A stretch of 63,305 nt of DNA from Opitutales bacterium (GCA_038103695.1 JAYNZN010000002.1:2385-65689), one strand, 5' to 3'; positions 18,260 through 28,542 are shown, counted from the stretch's first letter. The notes: a model not told the origin generated them from the letters alone. Program-made: numbers and translations.

Positions 18260-18312
18260 TTGACGACTGTGGGTCAAAGTGGCAAGAAATGGTATAAAGT
18301 GGAATTTATTGG
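18260..18312 (+). promoter_or_regulatory. dcw promoter region with MraZ-binding direct repeats
   Basis: TTGACG at 18260, then five (G/A/T)TGG boxes at exact 10-bp spacing (18269, 18279, 18289, 18299, 18309) just upstream of mraZ. Confidence 0.85.
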
Positions 18313-18326
18313 ATAGATGCAACTAG

Positions 18327-18776
18327 GTGATGGCAAACGAAGCTACAACCTTTTTTGTGGGGGAATTTACCCACGCCTTGGACAACAAGGGCAGGCTTAC
18401 TATTCCTTCGAAATGGAGGATAGCGGGAGGGGACAACACCTATCTGGCCCTTCCCAATCCCGGCGGATATGTAACCGTTTACCCTCCAAAGATGGTATCG
18501 AGGTTGGAGGAAAAAGTGGCCGAGGCCAGTCTCTCCGATGTGCGGGCACAATCTCTTCTCATGGAGTTGTTTGCCAAAGCCCATTCTTTTGGTTGCGACA
18601 AGCAGGGAAGGATCAATTTAAACGACAAATTGATCGAGCATGCAGATATCCAGGGGAGAGCAGTCTTGGTGGGAAATTTTTCCGCTTTTGCGATATGGTC
18701 GGAAAGGCGTTACGCCAAAAGACCAAGCGGGGATCAAAGAAACATTTTCGATGCGATGAGGGAGTTGGGGTTATGA
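18327..18776 (+). CDS. mraZ: Transcriptional regulator MraZ
   Basis: [22 protein letters not shown] and DKQGRI motifs; first gene of the dcw cluster. Confidence 0.95.
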   Translation: MMANEATTFFVGEFTHALDNKGRLTIPSKWRIAGGDNTYLALPNPGGYVTVYPPKMVSRLEEKVAEASLSDVRAQSLLMELFAKAHSFGCDKQGRINLNDKLIEHADIQGRAVLVGNFSAFAIWSERRYAKRPSGDQRNIFDAMRELGL

Positions 18777-18878
18777 TATGGAATCAACCGGACTGGGTGA
18801 CTTTTAGGGTGGTCTCCCGATTAAGGGGAATGGTTGACCGATTTTTCCTCCTCCCTCGCGCTTCGACTTTAAATAGTA

Positions 18879-19883
18879 ATGTCGGCTCTGGGGGGGGTAA
18901 ATATGTATTGTGGGGCGGTTGAGTTTGTTTGTTCTCCTTCGGCGGTGAGGCATATACCTGTTCTCCTTGACGAATGTATGGGCAATCTAAAGCCCGATCA
19001 AGGTGGTGTGTATGCAGATTTAACTTTTGGTGGAGGGGGTCATAGCCGTGCCATTTTGGAGGCTCACTGCGAGAATCAATTAGTTGCTTTTGATTGTGAC
19101 CCTGACGCTTCTTTGCGTTCCGCTGAGTTGCTTGAGGAGTTTTCTGATCGTTTTACTTTTTATGATACTTCGTTTCGAGAATTGGATAAGTTCTCGTCTG
19201 TAAATGAATTCGATGGCATTTTAATGGATTTAGGTATCTCCTCCTTTCAGTTAATGGAGCCAGAAAAAGGTTTTTCATTTAGGTTGGATGCACCGATAGA
19301 TATGCGACTAAACCCTCGGGTGGGAATGAGTGCAGCCGAGTATTTGGAAACTGCCTCGGAGGAGAGTTTAATTAGAGCTGTTCGAGAGTATGGAGAAGAG
19401 AGAAGGTGGCGTAGAGTCGTGGAGGCTATTATTTCAGCGAGAGGGACGGGTCTCCTTAGCCGAACTATGAGCGCTGCAGATATAGTTTCTAAAGCGGTGG
19501 GTGGTAGGCACCCTAGGCAAAGGATTCATCCCGCAACCAAAACATTTCAGGGTATTCGAATTGCAATCAATGGCGAGCTTGAGGCACTGGCTGTTACTTT
19601 GCCTAAGGCATTAAGTGCACTGAAGGAGGGTGGCGTGCTTGCGGTAATTTCCTTTCATTCCTTGGAGGATAGAATTGTAAAGAGATTTATGAGGAAGATG
19701 GCAGGCAGGCCTGAGCATAAAAATGACAGTAGGTTGCTGCATGAAAGGAGTTCATTTGGCCGGATGCTTACATCGAAAGCAATCATGCCATCCAAAGAGG
19801 AAGTACTTTCAAATCCGAAAAGTCGTTCAGCGAGGTTAAGGGTTTTTACGAAGTTCAAAAATGAAGAGGTGCAGGAGTTATGA
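18879..19883 (+). CDS. rsmH: 16S rRNA m4C1402 methyltransferase RsmH (start uncertain)
   Basis: HIPVLL, DLTFGGGGHS, DLGISSFQ, HPATKTFQGIRI, ISFHSLEDRIVK, NPKSRSARLR. Confidence 0.95.
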   Translation: MSALGGVNMYCGAVEFVCSPSAVRHIPVLLDECMGNLKPDQGGVYADLTFGGGGHSRAILEAHCENQLVAFDCDPDASLRSAELLEEFSDRFTFYDTSFRELDKFSSVNEFDGILMDLGISSFQLMEPEKGFSFRLDAPIDMRLNPRVGMSAAEYLETASEESLIRAVREYGEERRWRRVVEAIISARGTGLLSRTMSAADIVSKAVGGRHPRQRIHPATKTFQGIRIAINGELEALAVTLPKALSALKEGGVLAVISFHSLEDRIVKRFMRKMAGRPEHKNDSRLLHERSSFGRMLTSKAIMPSKEEVLSNPKSRSARLRVFTKFKNEEVQEL

Positions 19884-20230
19884 AAAGGGTGTGGTGGATG
19901 GTCCTTTTTGTGGGTGTATTTCTTTTTGGGTGCACATCGATATCGATTGTGTGGTTGAGGATGGAGATCTCAGATACTGCAAAAAAATGCGGTAGAATGG
20001 AGGATGAGCGTGAGATGGTGGGAAGAGAATTACGTGAGTTGCGTGGTCAACGCTCAAAAATGATGAGGCCGGCTATACTGGCTAAAATGGTTAAGGGGAG
20101 ATTGACTATGCCACCTTCATCACGAACAATACATGTCTCCAGTAGGGAAATGACTGCCCGCTTGGGGAATGAAATTCCATCTCGTAGATGGCGTGAACAG
20201 CAGGGCAGAGCCTTAGTTGCAAATCGGTGA
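19880..20230 (+). CDS. ftsL: FtsL-like bitopic coiled-coil cell division protein
   Basis: Lies between rsmH and ftsI; one TM helix followed by a coiled coil. Confidence 0.6.
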   Translation: MKRVWWMVLFVGVFLFGCTSISIVWLRMEISDTAKKCGRMEDEREMVGRELRELRGQRSKMMRPAILAKMVKGRLTMPPSSRTIHVSSREMTARLGNEIPSRRWREQQGRALVANR

Positions 20231-20231
20231 A

Positions 20232-22025
20232 ATGAAAAATATTTTCATTTCTCGTTATCGATTTTATCTTGTTTTTTTTGCTATTCTTTTAACGTTCTGC
20301 TCCCTAGGTGGCAGGCTTTACCATTTACAGGTAGTGAGCTCTGACAAATACGAAAGTTTTGCTCAAAATGCTCGAAAAAACTTTATACCCGTATCAGCTC
20401 GAAGGGGTGATTTAGTCGACAGAAAAGGAAACTTATTAGCGACAACCAAATCTGTAGTAGTAGTTGGAATGGATCCCCAGAGTATTCAAGAAGAGGATTA
20501 TGTGAAATTTTCTGAACTGAGTAAGCTACTAGATATAGACGAATCTGTGATTATAGAAGCTGCCGAAAAAAAAGTCTATTCTAGTGGCAAGGGTGATGAG
20601 AAAATTAGATTAGTTCGATGGGTCAAATTGAAAGAGGAGGTTGAGGAAAGCGATTTCAGGAAAATCAAAGATCTTCGAATAAAGGGTGTTTATGGAAATT
20701 ATAAGCACTCTAGATTTTATCCAAGTCAGTCCCTGGCATCCCATGTACTAGGCTATGTCAATGACGAAGGTAAGCCATGTCTAGGAGTGGAGCTTTTGAC
20801 GAATTATTATTTAAAAGGCCAAGATGGATGGAGGGAAAGTGAAAGAGACGGTCGGAGGAAGGAAATGCCTCAATATCGCTCCATCGAAGTGGATGCAGAA
20901 GATGGTTTGAATGTAGAGCTCACCCTTGATCGGATGATCCAATATATTATTGAGGATGAACTGAAGAATATAGTCGAGGAGTATTCTCCGTTGAGTGCGA
21001 GTATTATCGTAAGTTCGCCAAAGACAGGGGAGATATTGGCTCTGGGAAATGCTCCAACATTTGATCCAAACATATACGGCGATTTTCCACTCGAGAGTCA
21101 AAGAAATCGAGCACTTACAGATTTATATGAACCAGGCTCTACATTTAAGATTGTTCCTGTGGGTGCTGCATTGAATGAAGGAATAATTGGTGTTAATGAT
21201 ATAATTGATTGTTCATTAAAGACTTATAGTGTGGGCAGTAGAGAGCGTGCGCTGCCACGAGATCATCACCCACTTGGCAAAATACCCCTTAAAGAGGTAG
21301 TTCAAAAATCAAGTAATCGTGGGGCAGCTCAATTAGGAATAAGACTTGGGGCCAGAAGACTCTATGAGTATTCTCGGATGTTTGGATTTGGAGAGTCTAC
21401 TCGAATGGGACTTACTGGGGAAAGAAAGGGAACATTGCATCATCCAGATAGGTGGGATGGTCTTACGATAACCCGTTTACCTATGGGGCATGCTGTGGCG
21501 GTAACAGCCCTGCAAGTTCATTCCGCAATGAGTTCAATTGCGAATGGAGGAATATTAATGAAGCCAAGTTTGATCAGGCGAGTTTTTGATGACGAAGGAA
21601 AAACGGTGGTATCATTCCAACCCAAGGCAATAAGAAGAGTCATAAGCGAGAGCGTAGCAGATGAAATTACTAAAATGCTTGTTACTGTAGTTAGTCCAGA
21701 AGGCACTGCTTCGCGAGCAAGGGTTTCAGGATATCAAGTAGCAGGTAAGACGGGAACGACTCAAAAGATTATTGATGGGAAATACTCTAATAGGCATCAT
21801 GTAGCTTCGTTTTCAGGTTATCTGCCTGCTGAAGATCCTAAAATTGCAGTCACAATTTTAGTTGATGAGCCTACTATGAAAAAGGGCAGGTTAGGGTATG
21901 GGGGTAGCGTTGCTGGGCCTGCATTCCAGAATGTGGCCAAAAAAATTATTGGATACATGGGGATAAAACCTAATGAAGCCGAGCTTAGCTTTTATAATCA
22001 AGAAATTGGGAATCTTAATCTTTAA
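20232..22025 (+). CDS. ftsI: Class B penicillin-binding protein FtsI
   Basis: RRGDLVDR, YEPGSTFK (SxxK), SSN, KTGT. Confidence 0.93.
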   Translation: MKNIFISRYRFYLVFFAILLTFCSLGGRLYHLQVVSSDKYESFAQNARKNFIPVSARRGDLVDRKGNLLATTKSVVVVGMDPQSIQEEDYVKFSELSKLLDIDESVIIEAAEKKVYSSGKGDEKIRLVRWVKLKEEVEESDFRKIKDLRIKGVYGNYKHSRFYPSQSLASHVLGYVNDEGKPCLGVELLTNYYLKGQDGWRESERDGRRKEMPQYRSIEVDAEDGLNVELTLDRMIQYIIEDELKNIVEEYSPLSASIIVSSPKTGEILALGNAPTFDPNIYGDFPLESQRNRALTDLYEPGSTFKIVPVGAALNEGIIGVNDIIDCSLKTYSVGSRERALPRDHHPLGKIPLKEVVQKSSNRGAAQLGIRLGARRLYEYSRMFGFGESTRMGLTGERKGTLHHPDRWDGLTITRLPMGHAVAVTALQVHSAMSSIANGGILMKPSLIRRVFDDEGKTVVSFQPKAIRRVISESVADEITKMLVTVVSPEGTASRARVSGYQVAGKTGTTQKIIDGKYSNRHHVASFSGYLPAEDPKIAVTILVDEPTMKKGRLGYGGSVAGPAFQNVAKKIIGYMGIKPNEAELSFYNQEIGNLNL

Positions 22026-22036
22026 ACTTGGTAAGT

Positions 22037-23575
22037 ATGATAACGACGAAAACTGATTTAGAAACAATTGATAATGTTCGGGCTAGAATGTCTAGCAGTA
22101 TTGATCTACGTGACTTAGTGGGCAAGGAAGCTGAATATGCTAGGAAAAATGGAGATATGAGCTTAAGTGCAATTTATTCAGACAGTAGGCGGGTGACTCC
22201 TGGATCCGCATTCTTTGCTTTGCCAGGAATGAGAACGAATGGGAATGAGCATCTACAGGAAGCAGTTCGAAGGGGGGCAAAAGTAGTTGTTACTGATTCG
22301 GATGAGATTGAAATACCAGGTGGTGCAGTCCGAGTAAAAGTCAATGATGCAAGAATAGCTTTAGCAAAATTTTCCAAGAGATATCACGGTTCGCCAGATG
22401 AAAATTTAGATGTCGTTGGAATTACTGGCACAAATGGAAAAACAACGGTTGCTACATTAACCCGTCATTTATTGGAAGCACCTGGTCGTCCAGTGGGTTT
22501 GGTGGGTACGGTTAAATATCATTTAGGTGATCGTGTGTTGCCATCATTTAGGACAACACCAGAAGCAGCGGACCTTTATGCGCTCTTAAGAAATATGTTA
22601 GTAGGTGGATGTTCAGAGGCAGTTATGGAGGTAAGTTCCCACGGGATTCACCAATCAAGGGTGGCGGGACTTAATTTAGAAGTGGCAGCATTTTTAAACC
22701 TTACCCGCGATCATCTAGATTATCATGGAAATATGGAATCTTATTTCCGCGAAAAGAGAAAGTTATTCAACGGAATGAATGGGGCACTCCCCAAATTGGT
22801 TGTCATAAATGGTGATTGTCCATACGGGAAACGATTGCTTGAAGAATTGCCCCCACAAGTAAGGGCATTAACATTTGGTTTTGATCGGGGAAATGATTTC
22901 CGGGCGACTGAATTATCTCTGGATGTTCACGGATCAAAATTTTTGTTAGAGTGCCCGACTGGTTCCATGGTGATTACGAGCCCATTGATAGGGAAATACA
23001 ATGTGATGAATGTGCTCGCATCTTTTGCGATCATCCACTCGTTAGGAAGGTCGGTCTCTGATTGTGTGAGAAAACTAGCAGCATTTGGCGGGGTAGAAGG
23101 AAGAATGGAAATTATTGATCGAGGACAAGACTATCGTGTTGTTGTTGACTATGCACATACGCCAGACGCACTTCGTAATGCCCTTGGAATGTTGAAGGAA
23201 TGTACGAATGGAAAAGTACACTTGGTTTTTGGTTGTGGAGGTGAAAGAGACCGGGGGAAAAGAATGGAAATGACGAGAGTCGCTTGTGCCGGAGCAGATA
23301 GTACCATTGCAACTTCAGATAACCCAAGAGGCGAAAGGCTTAAAAATATATTCGAGGATATGAAAAAGGGTGTATCAAAAGGTGCTGAGATACAGTTTGT
23401 TGAAGATCGCAGGAGAGCAATTAGTCGTGTGCTGGATCAAGCAAGTGTTGGCGACTGTGTCCTCATTGCGGGTAAGGGTCACGAAACATTTCAGGAGGTG
23501 GATTCTATGTCGATTCCCTTTGATGATCGACTCGTCACGGCCGAATTACTTGAGGCTAAGCAACTTGTTAGATAA
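22037..23575 (+). CDS. murE: UDP-MurNAc-Ala-Glu:meso-DAP ligase
   Basis: GITGTNGKTT, MEVSSH, NLTRDHLDYH, DYAHTPDA, DNPR (DAP-type), AGKGHE. Confidence 0.96.
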   Translation: MITTKTDLETIDNVRARMSSSIDLRDLVGKEAEYARKNGDMSLSAIYSDSRRVTPGSAFFALPGMRTNGNEHLQEAVRRGAKVVVTDSDEIEIPGGAVRVKVNDARIALAKFSKRYHGSPDENLDVVGITGTNGKTTVATLTRHLLEAPGRPVGLVGTVKYHLGDRVLPSFRTTPEAADLYALLRNMLVGGCSEAVMEVSSHGIHQSRVAGLNLEVAAFLNLTRDHLDYHGNMESYFREKRKLFNGMNGALPKLVVINGDCPYGKRLLEELPPQVRALTFGFDRGNDFRATELSLDVHGSKFLLECPTGSMVITSPLIGKYNVMNVLASFAIIHSLGRSVSDCVRKLAAFGGVEGRMEIIDRGQDYRVVVDYAHTPDALRNALGMLKECTNGKVHLVFGCGGERDRGKRMEMTRVACAGADSTIATSDNPRGERLKNIFEDMKKGVSKGAEIQFVEDRRRAISRVLDQASVGDCVLIAGKGHETFQEVDSMSIPFDDRLVTAELLEAKQLVR

Positions 23576-23581
23576 AGCATA

Positions 23582-24997
23582 ATGCCTTTTTTTGATGCAC
23601 ATAAACTAGAACCATGGGCTCATGGGAAGTGGACGGATATTCCTCGAAAAAGGATTCGTGGCTTCTCGATTGATGCTAGAAAAATTGATGATGGTGAATT
23701 GTTTGTTGCGGTAAAGGCTGTACGGGATGGCCATGATTATATCAAGCAGGCAAAAGAAGCAGGTGCAAGAGGTGCTATTGTTGATCGTTTTGTAGAGGCT
23801 GTCGAACTTCCGCAATTAATTGTTCAAGACACGGTAGAAAGTCTGCAGGAAATTGCTAAAAATCACAGAAATCAATGTAATATTCCTATTGTAGGAATTA
23901 CTGGAAGTTGTGGTAAGACATCAACCAAGGAAGCTCTTTCCAAATTACTACCAGACTCATTATCTACACTTGGGAACCTTAATAATCACTTAGGAGTCCC
24001 GTTGACCTTGTTAAGGATTGATAGCTCGGTTCATCTATATGCAATTATCGAAGCTGGAATAAACAAAACTGGCGATATGGATGAATTGCAACAAATGATC
24101 CAACCAAATTGTCTCATTATAACGATGATTGGGAGTTCTCATCTTCAAGGTTTAATTGATGAGAATGGGGTAGCTGAGGAAAAAATTAAACTTTGGACAA
24201 ATACAGAAAAGAGCCCTTGGGCATTTTTTCCTGAACATTGCCTCACGTTCAAATGTTTTCAGGAAGCAATAAAGGAAAGGCAAAACTACACGATACTTAA
24301 GGCAGGAAAACCGAATAAAAAAATCGATCAAAACGAAGCATTTTTTGAAATTTCAACTGAAACAAACGAGCTTGGAGGCTCATGTGTGCTCAGAATTTGG
24401 TGCCATGAGTCTCCTGTGCTTTCGCTTAATATTCCAGCAGTTTCAGATGGAATGGGAAGTAATCTAGCTCTAGCTGTTTTGGCGGCATTATACTTGGGTA
24501 TTTCAGATAAAGATATTTTCGAACGCCTACCCCAATACCGCCCCTCGACTCTGCGTGGAAATCGACTGCAGGGTCGAGGGTGCGAATATTTTGTTGATTG
24601 TTATAATGCCAACCCAGCATCAATGGTTGACTCGATTCAATATTTTCAACGTGCCAGTGATTCTAAAAAGAAGTTGCTTGTGCTTGGAGGTATGGAGGAG
24701 TTGGGGGAAAATGGGCCAAGTTTGCATAGGCAAACCGGGGCAAGTATTAGTCTTGAAGAACAAGATAAGGTCGTTCTGATTGGTGAAAAGGCATCATGGA
24801 TGGCAGACGGATTGATTGATTCAGGTGCGAGTGATCATCAAGTGCTCGTCTTGAATAAATTAGAAGACGCCAGAGCGATCGTAGAGGATTTTAACGGCAA
24901 TATTCTTTTTAAAGGAAGTCGTTCAAATAGTTTGGAAAAACTTGTGCCTTTTTGGGCAACCGAATCGTATCAAGATCATCTCTTTTTAAAATGTTGA
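23582..24997 (+). CDS. murF: UDP-MurNAc-tripeptide:D-Ala-D-Ala ligase
   Basis: GITGSCGKTS, GNLNNHLGVPLTL, DCYNANP, LGGMEELG, KGSR. Confidence 0.95.
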   Translation: MPFFDAHKLEPWAHGKWTDIPRKRIRGFSIDARKIDDGELFVAVKAVRDGHDYIKQAKEAGARGAIVDRFVEAVELPQLIVQDTVESLQEIAKNHRNQCNIPIVGITGSCGKTSTKEALSKLLPDSLSTLGNLNNHLGVPLTLLRIDSSVHLYAIIEAGINKTGDMDELQQMIQPNCLIITMIGSSHLQGLIDENGVAEEKIKLWTNTEKSPWAFFPEHCLTFKCFQEAIKERQNYTILKAGKPNKKIDQNEAFFEISTETNELGGSCVLRIWCHESPVLSLNIPAVSDGMGSNLALAVLAALYLGISDKDIFERLPQYRPSTLRGNRLQGRGCEYFVDCYNANPASMVDSIQYFQRASDSKKKLLVLGGMEELGENGPSLHRQTGASISLEEQDKVVLIGEKASWMADGLIDSGASDHQVLVLNKLEDARAIVEDFNGNILFKGSRSNSLEKLVPFWATESYQDHLFLKC

Positions 24998-26136
24998 GTT
25001 ATCTACAATTTTGGGAGGAATGGTTTGGACCTTTTCGTTTGTTTCAATTTATTTCAATACGCTCCGTGGGCGCTGGTATCACAGCACTTCTGATTGGCTT
25101 TTTTGTTGGTCCACGGATCATTCTTGCACTGAAAACCATTGGGGCTCGTCAAGCTTTCAGGGAAAAAGGAGAAGTTGGGAAACTGGCAGAACTTCACGGA
25201 GAAAAGAATGCCACTCCAACCATGGGAGGACTCTTAATTTTTATATCCGTTACCTTAAGTGCACTTATTTGGGCTGAGCCAAATGTTTATGTTTTGGCCG
25301 CTCTATTGACCTACTCTTTACTCACTGTCGTTGGTTTTGCTGACGACTATTTAAAAATATCCAAGCAAAACAGCAAAGGGTTACCTGGAAAGTTGAAACT
25401 ACTTGGTCAACTTATGACAACCGTTTTAGTGGTGGGTCTGTTAATGAGTTCATGGGGACAAAATTTAACAGGTACTGCATCAGGGCTGATTGAGAGTAGT
25501 AGTAAAATGAAGGAATTTTGGGTTCCATTTTACAGTTATTCAGAGTTGAGTGGTCCTCCAATTTTACCACTGGTGGTTCTCGTGCCATTTTTTTTTATTA
25601 CCTTATGTGGTTCAAGCAATGCTTTGAATTTAACCGACGGTCTAGATGGTCTAGCCATTGGATGTACCGTCACGGTTGCTCTGACATATGGAATTATGGC
25701 ATATGCTGCCGGTAATTTTATTATTTCAGATTATCTAAAGGTTAGCTTTGTTCCTGGTAGTGGCGAACTTGCAATAGTTTGTGCATCTCTCTTGGGGGGT
25801 AGCCTTGCTTTTTTGTGGTACAATGCACATCCTGCAGAAGTTTTCATGGGCGACACTGGTTCCCTGGCAATTGGTGGACTCGTTGGAGTTATCGCATTGA
25901 TGATCCATCAACCCTTAACCCTGATCATTGTTGGGGGCATATTTGTAATGGAAGCCGGATCAGTAATCATACAGGTAATCTCCTTCAAAACTAGAGGCAA
26001 GAGAGTCTTCAGGATGTCGCCAATACATCACCATTTTGAACTCAAAGGATGGAAAGAAACAAAAGTGGTGATTCGGTTTTGGATACTTTCTCTCTTATTT
26101 GCCCTTATCGGATTAGCCACTCTTAAAATCAGGTAG
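24991..26136 (+). CDS. mraY: Phospho-N-acetylmuramoyl-pentapeptide transferase
   Basis: TPTMGG, DD, NLTDGLDGLA, FMGDTGSL, PIHHHFE. Confidence 0.97.
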   Translation: MLSYLQFWEEWFGPFRLFQFISIRSVGAGITALLIGFFVGPRIILALKTIGARQAFREKGEVGKLAELHGEKNATPTMGGLLIFISVTLSALIWAEPNVYVLAALLTYSLLTVVGFADDYLKISKQNSKGLPGKLKLLGQLMTTVLVVGLLMSSWGQNLTGTASGLIESSSKMKEFWVPFYSYSELSGPPILPLVVLVPFFFITLCGSSNALNLTDGLDGLAIGCTVTVALTYGIMAYAAGNFIISDYLKVSFVPGSGELAIVCASLLGGSLAFLWYNAHPAEVFMGDTGSLAIGGLVGVIALMIHQPLTLIIVGGIFVMEAGSVIIQVISFKTRGKRVFRMSPIHHHFELKGWKETKVVIRFWILSLLFALIGLATLKIR

Positions 26137-26137
26137 C

Positions 26138-27463
26138 ATGAACGAAGTGGTGAAAAGTTTTTATGAGTTACAACCACAACCGGTTGCAATTTTCGGCGCG
26201 GGAAAGAGCGGGCAAGGTGTAAAAAACTTGCTTGATAAGTTGGGATGGGAATACCAACTATTCGATGAACAGGAGCGGGCATTTGAAATGGCGGATGCTC
26301 GCAACTGTTCGTTCGTTGTTATAAGTCCGGGATTTCTTCCCAATCATAGTTGGATTCAAAAGGCAGAAAATCTTGGGAAAAAGATCCTTAGTGAATATGA
26401 GTTTGGCGGGTTGTTTCTGGATGAACAAAAAGTAGTAGCTGTAACAGGTACTAATGGGAAGACTAGTGTGACCAAGTTAATCGAGCATGTTGCCCAAAAG
26501 GGTCAAATTCCCGTAGTTGCCGGCGGTAATTTAGGTGTGCCGGTCACACAGCTTATCGCTAATGGAATAGACAAAAGAACAACCATTATATTGGAGACAA
26601 GTTCTTTTCAGTCTCGGGGATTGAGTTATTTTAGACCTGACGAGGTAATTTGGACAAATTTTGCACCAGATCACTTAAATTACCATGGGTCTATCAAAGA
26701 ATATTTTCTTTCAAAGTTTCAACTTTTAAAAGTAAATGGGTTTCGTAATTGTATGATAGGTAGGTCTGTATAGTATTTTGCTAAAACACAAAATATTTCA
26801 ATGCCGCCTTCCGTTAGAGTAATTGATTCATTATCTATGAACGATATAAAATTGCCCAAGAATCACTACCTATGTTCAGTGCCTCAACGGGAGAACATAT
26901 CATTCGTAAGGGAGTGGTCTATGAATCAAGGTATGGGGTCTGGAGAGTTTTTTAAAATAGCTGAAAGTTATAGTGGAGAAAAATACCGTCTTCAAAAAGT
27001 CACTCAAAGAGAAAATGGTGTAACCTTTTGGAATGACTCCAAAGCAACAAATTTAGCTTCTGTAGTCGCTGCATGCCGTTCTTTTAGTGATAAATTATTT
27101 TGGATAGGGGGAGGCCAGGACAAGGGTGAAGAGATTGATTCATTTACCCGCTTTTTGAAGCCCTATGTGGAAAAGGCATTTCTGTTTGGGGAAACTGGGT
27201 TAAGTCTGCACAGATCGTTCGCCCAAGAAGGATGTTTTTCTATCCTGTGCGAAAGTTTAAAAGATGCAGTTTTTCAAGCATTTCGGATGTCTAATAAATC
27301 AATAAATATTTTACTTAGCCCTGGTTTTGCTAGTCATGATCTTTACAAAAGCTATGCAGAACGAGGAAAAGCATTCGAACGCATAGTTTTGGATTTGAAG
27401 AGTAACCGTGAAAAGGATACCTCAGTATATAGTCAACCATTCGCACTTCAGACAGGAAGATAA
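26138..27463 (+). pseudogene. murD: murD interrupted by one in-frame TAG at 26771-26773 (nonsense allele or consensus error)
   Basis: ORFs 26138..26773 and 26801..27463 share a frame. N-half has VTGTNGKTS, ETSSFQ, NFAPDHL; C-half has NDSKATN, GGGQDKG, LLSPGFAS..ERG. Confidence 0.85.
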
Positions 27464-27465
27464 AT

Positions 27466-28542
27466 ATGAAAATAACAAAAGTCTTCAGTATCGTACTTTC
27501 CCTACATGTTGGGGTTATTCTACTGGTAATGTTCCAACCAAGTTGTCAAACTGCTGGTATCCGCAAGGACACTGTACCCAATGACGCAAATAAGTCGGTG
27601 CCAGTGCCAGAGCAAGCATTCAACCAAGGTATAATCGAGGAGAATGAAGCTGTTCTTAGAAAACCCGGTGGCATACCAGCAAATGAGTTCGCTGCACCCA
27701 GTCGCCCGGCACCGGGCGAAATTATTATGCCAGAGGATAAAAAAGCAGTTTCTCGGCCTAGTCCATCCATTTTGGTTCCAGTTGATGATCGCCCCGTTCC
27801 GATTGATTTAAAACCTCAAGATCTTGCAATTTATAAAATTCAAAAGGGAGATACACTATGGGGTATTGCCAGGAAAAATGGCATTTCTCTAGCAAGTCTT
27901 TTGAAGTCCAATCCGAATATGGATAAAAATGGAAGATTGTCGATTGGGCAAGAAGTCATGATACCAGCTGGATATGCTGCACAAAATTTAGCAAAACAAG
28001 AAGTACAACAAAATAATCCCATCATCGTACCCGATGTTACCTCAGGTGGTAGTTATATTATTCAAAGCGGTGATACTCTTTCGAGGATCGCCAAGAAACA
28101 TGGCGTTAAATTATCTCAACTTCTTCAGGCAAACCAGCTGTCTCTTTCATCAATAATCCGCCCTGGTCAGGCATTAATGATCCCGGGTGAAGGAATAGAG
28201 CCGCAATCGCTTTCAACGATGCCGAAGAAAGTAGTTCCAGTTGGTGCCACCACGCATTCAGTTCAAAAAGGAGAGACACTGTCAAGGATCGCTTCGATAT
28301 ACGGGGTTTCCTTAGAGGATCTTTTAACATGGAATGAGATTACGAACCCGAGGCTCATTAAGGTCGGTCAAAGTTTAATTGTATCCAACAACGGTTCTAT
28401 TCAGAAAAATTCTGTCAATTTGGAAAATGAATCATCCATTGAAGTTGTTCCTGCCGACAATGGTGGTAGTTTGCAGGATTTCTTTAATGAAAGTCCTACG
28501 ATAGAAAGACCAATAATTGATGTTTCAGAAGGGCCTGAGTAA
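27466..28542 (+). CDS. Membrane-anchored protein with three LysM domains
   Basis: N-terminal TM helix; YKIQKGDTLWGIA, YIIQSGDTLSRIA, HSVQKGETLSRIA. Confidence 0.92.
   Translation: MKITKVFSIVLSLHVGVILLVMFQPSCQTAGIRKDTVPNDANKSVPVPEQAFNQGIIEENEAVLRKPGGIPANEFAAPSRPAPGEIIMPEDKKAVSRPSPSILVPVDDRPVPIDLKPQDLAIYKIQKGDTLWGIARKNGISLASLLKSNPNMDKNGRLSIGQEVMIPAGYAAQNLAKQEVQQNNPIIVPDVTSGGSYIIQSGDTLSRIAKKHGVKLSQLLQANQLSLSSIIRPGQALMIPGEGIEPQSLSTMPKKVVPVGATTHSVQKGETLSRIASIYGVSLEDLLTWNEITNPRLIKVGQSLIVSNNGSIQKNSVNLENESSIEVVPADNGGSLQDFFNESPTIERPIIDVSEGPE

Noticed and set aside
18269-18312. Periodic repeats as a mini-CRISPR or iteron array
   Set aside because: The 10-bp-phased TGG boxes directly before mraZ are explained as MraZ operator sites.
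18317-18922. 201-aa alternative-frame ORF overlapping mraZ
   Set aside because: Shadow frame with no recognisable motifs; only the part after the ATGA at 18773 is plausible.
26771-26773. Genome-wide TAG reassignment or pyrrolysine
   Set aside because: TAG terminates mraY, ftsZ, dnaK and lpxK at their expected ends, and no pyl genes are in the window.
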